DNA of 51,676 bases, counting the filler, from Sphacelaria rigidula (Eukaryota), in assembly GCA_964200075.2 (NCBI GenBank). It is 4 parts of 4 records of this genome, joined end to end, with 100 filler letters (N's around TTAATTAATTAA, not from the genome) between each part and the next. Parts side by side here need not be neighbours in the genome. Positions count along the whole stretch, not along the records: positions 38,834 to 51,676 come from CAXNAA020003367.1; 3 more parts are not named here. The stretch is one strand, 5' to 3'. The stretch's first letter is position 1, and the number at the start of each line of letters is the position of its first letter. The translations under genes and the position numbers were made by a program. The notes under the pieces are model-generated. The model made no database searches and was not told the origin of the DNA. It was given only the letters and a program-made list of their open reading frames with translations. Shown here in pieces: positions 51,220 to 51,676 of the stretch.

Positions 51220-51676
51220 ACCCCCCGCCCTCCCCCGTCCTGGTCGGGCGAGAACCCGATGTGCTCCGTCCTGGCTTTGTCGGGGTAGACCCCGTATGGG
51301 GTTGGCGTCGGTTGGCAATGATGCTACAAAATACGCCTCCCACTGCGTAAGATAGGCGACCAGGTTACCGATTTTTTCGCGCGTTTGCGTTTTTTTTTGT
51401 GGTAACCATGATGATAGTCGAGCCAGATCATGTTTTGTGGCGTGGGAGAACCTAAACTTTGCATATTGTGAATGATCATACTACGTAGTGTTCAAATAGT
51501 GAGACTCATGAGGCAGTAAATAAGCCGTGGATGTCTCTGGTGGAAGTGACGATACCAGATAATGAAGCAACTCATTGCAGTCTGTCATCCAAATGCAAGA
51601 TAATCAGTAGGCTTCGGGCCGAACAATCTTGGCAGGATGCAGCTCACCCTTCATGCGATTCGCCGAACACACCACG
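51220..51676 (+). repeat. Another copy of the poly-C-associated repeat family (contig-end fragment)
   Basis: Shares GATACCAGA.AATGAAGCAACTCAT...CTGTCATCCAAATGCAA...GCAGGATGCAGCTCACCCTTCATGCGA with the reverse complement of ~23995-24105. Confidence 0.75.

Overview
This is eukaryotic, intron-rich and repeat-rich DNA, not prokaryotic. Gene structure and repeat content suggest a stramenopile, probably a brown alga; this is inference and unverified. The window is four unrelated, size-sorted contigs (1-12845, 12946-25789, 25890-38733, 38834-51676) joined by artificial N44-TTAATTAATTAA-N44 linkers, so nothing across a linker is syntenic. Contig 1 has two convergent, 5'-partial multi-exon genes of unknown function, with a TIR MITE between them. 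Contig 2 has a 9-exon CAMK-group Ser/Thr kinase gene (minus strand, about 408 aa) and several repeats. Contig 3 is a transposon graveyard: two decayed Ty3/gypsy families (one a chromovirus with a WVDD RT motif), inverted chromodomain fragments, a possible LINE remnant and nested MITEs. Contig 4 has a hAT/P-like satellite-bearing element and a 3'-partial multi-exon TPR gene resembling meiotic ZIP4/SPO22/TEX11. The best-supported novelty is a set of non-autonomous DNA-transposon families, chiefly a ~255-bp GAG...CTC element with 4-bp TSDs (Sola2-like, five copies). Phase-required GC-AG introns and the ZIP4-like gene are also notable. I found no convincing new multi-gene system; the CRISPR-like arrays were examined and rejected.
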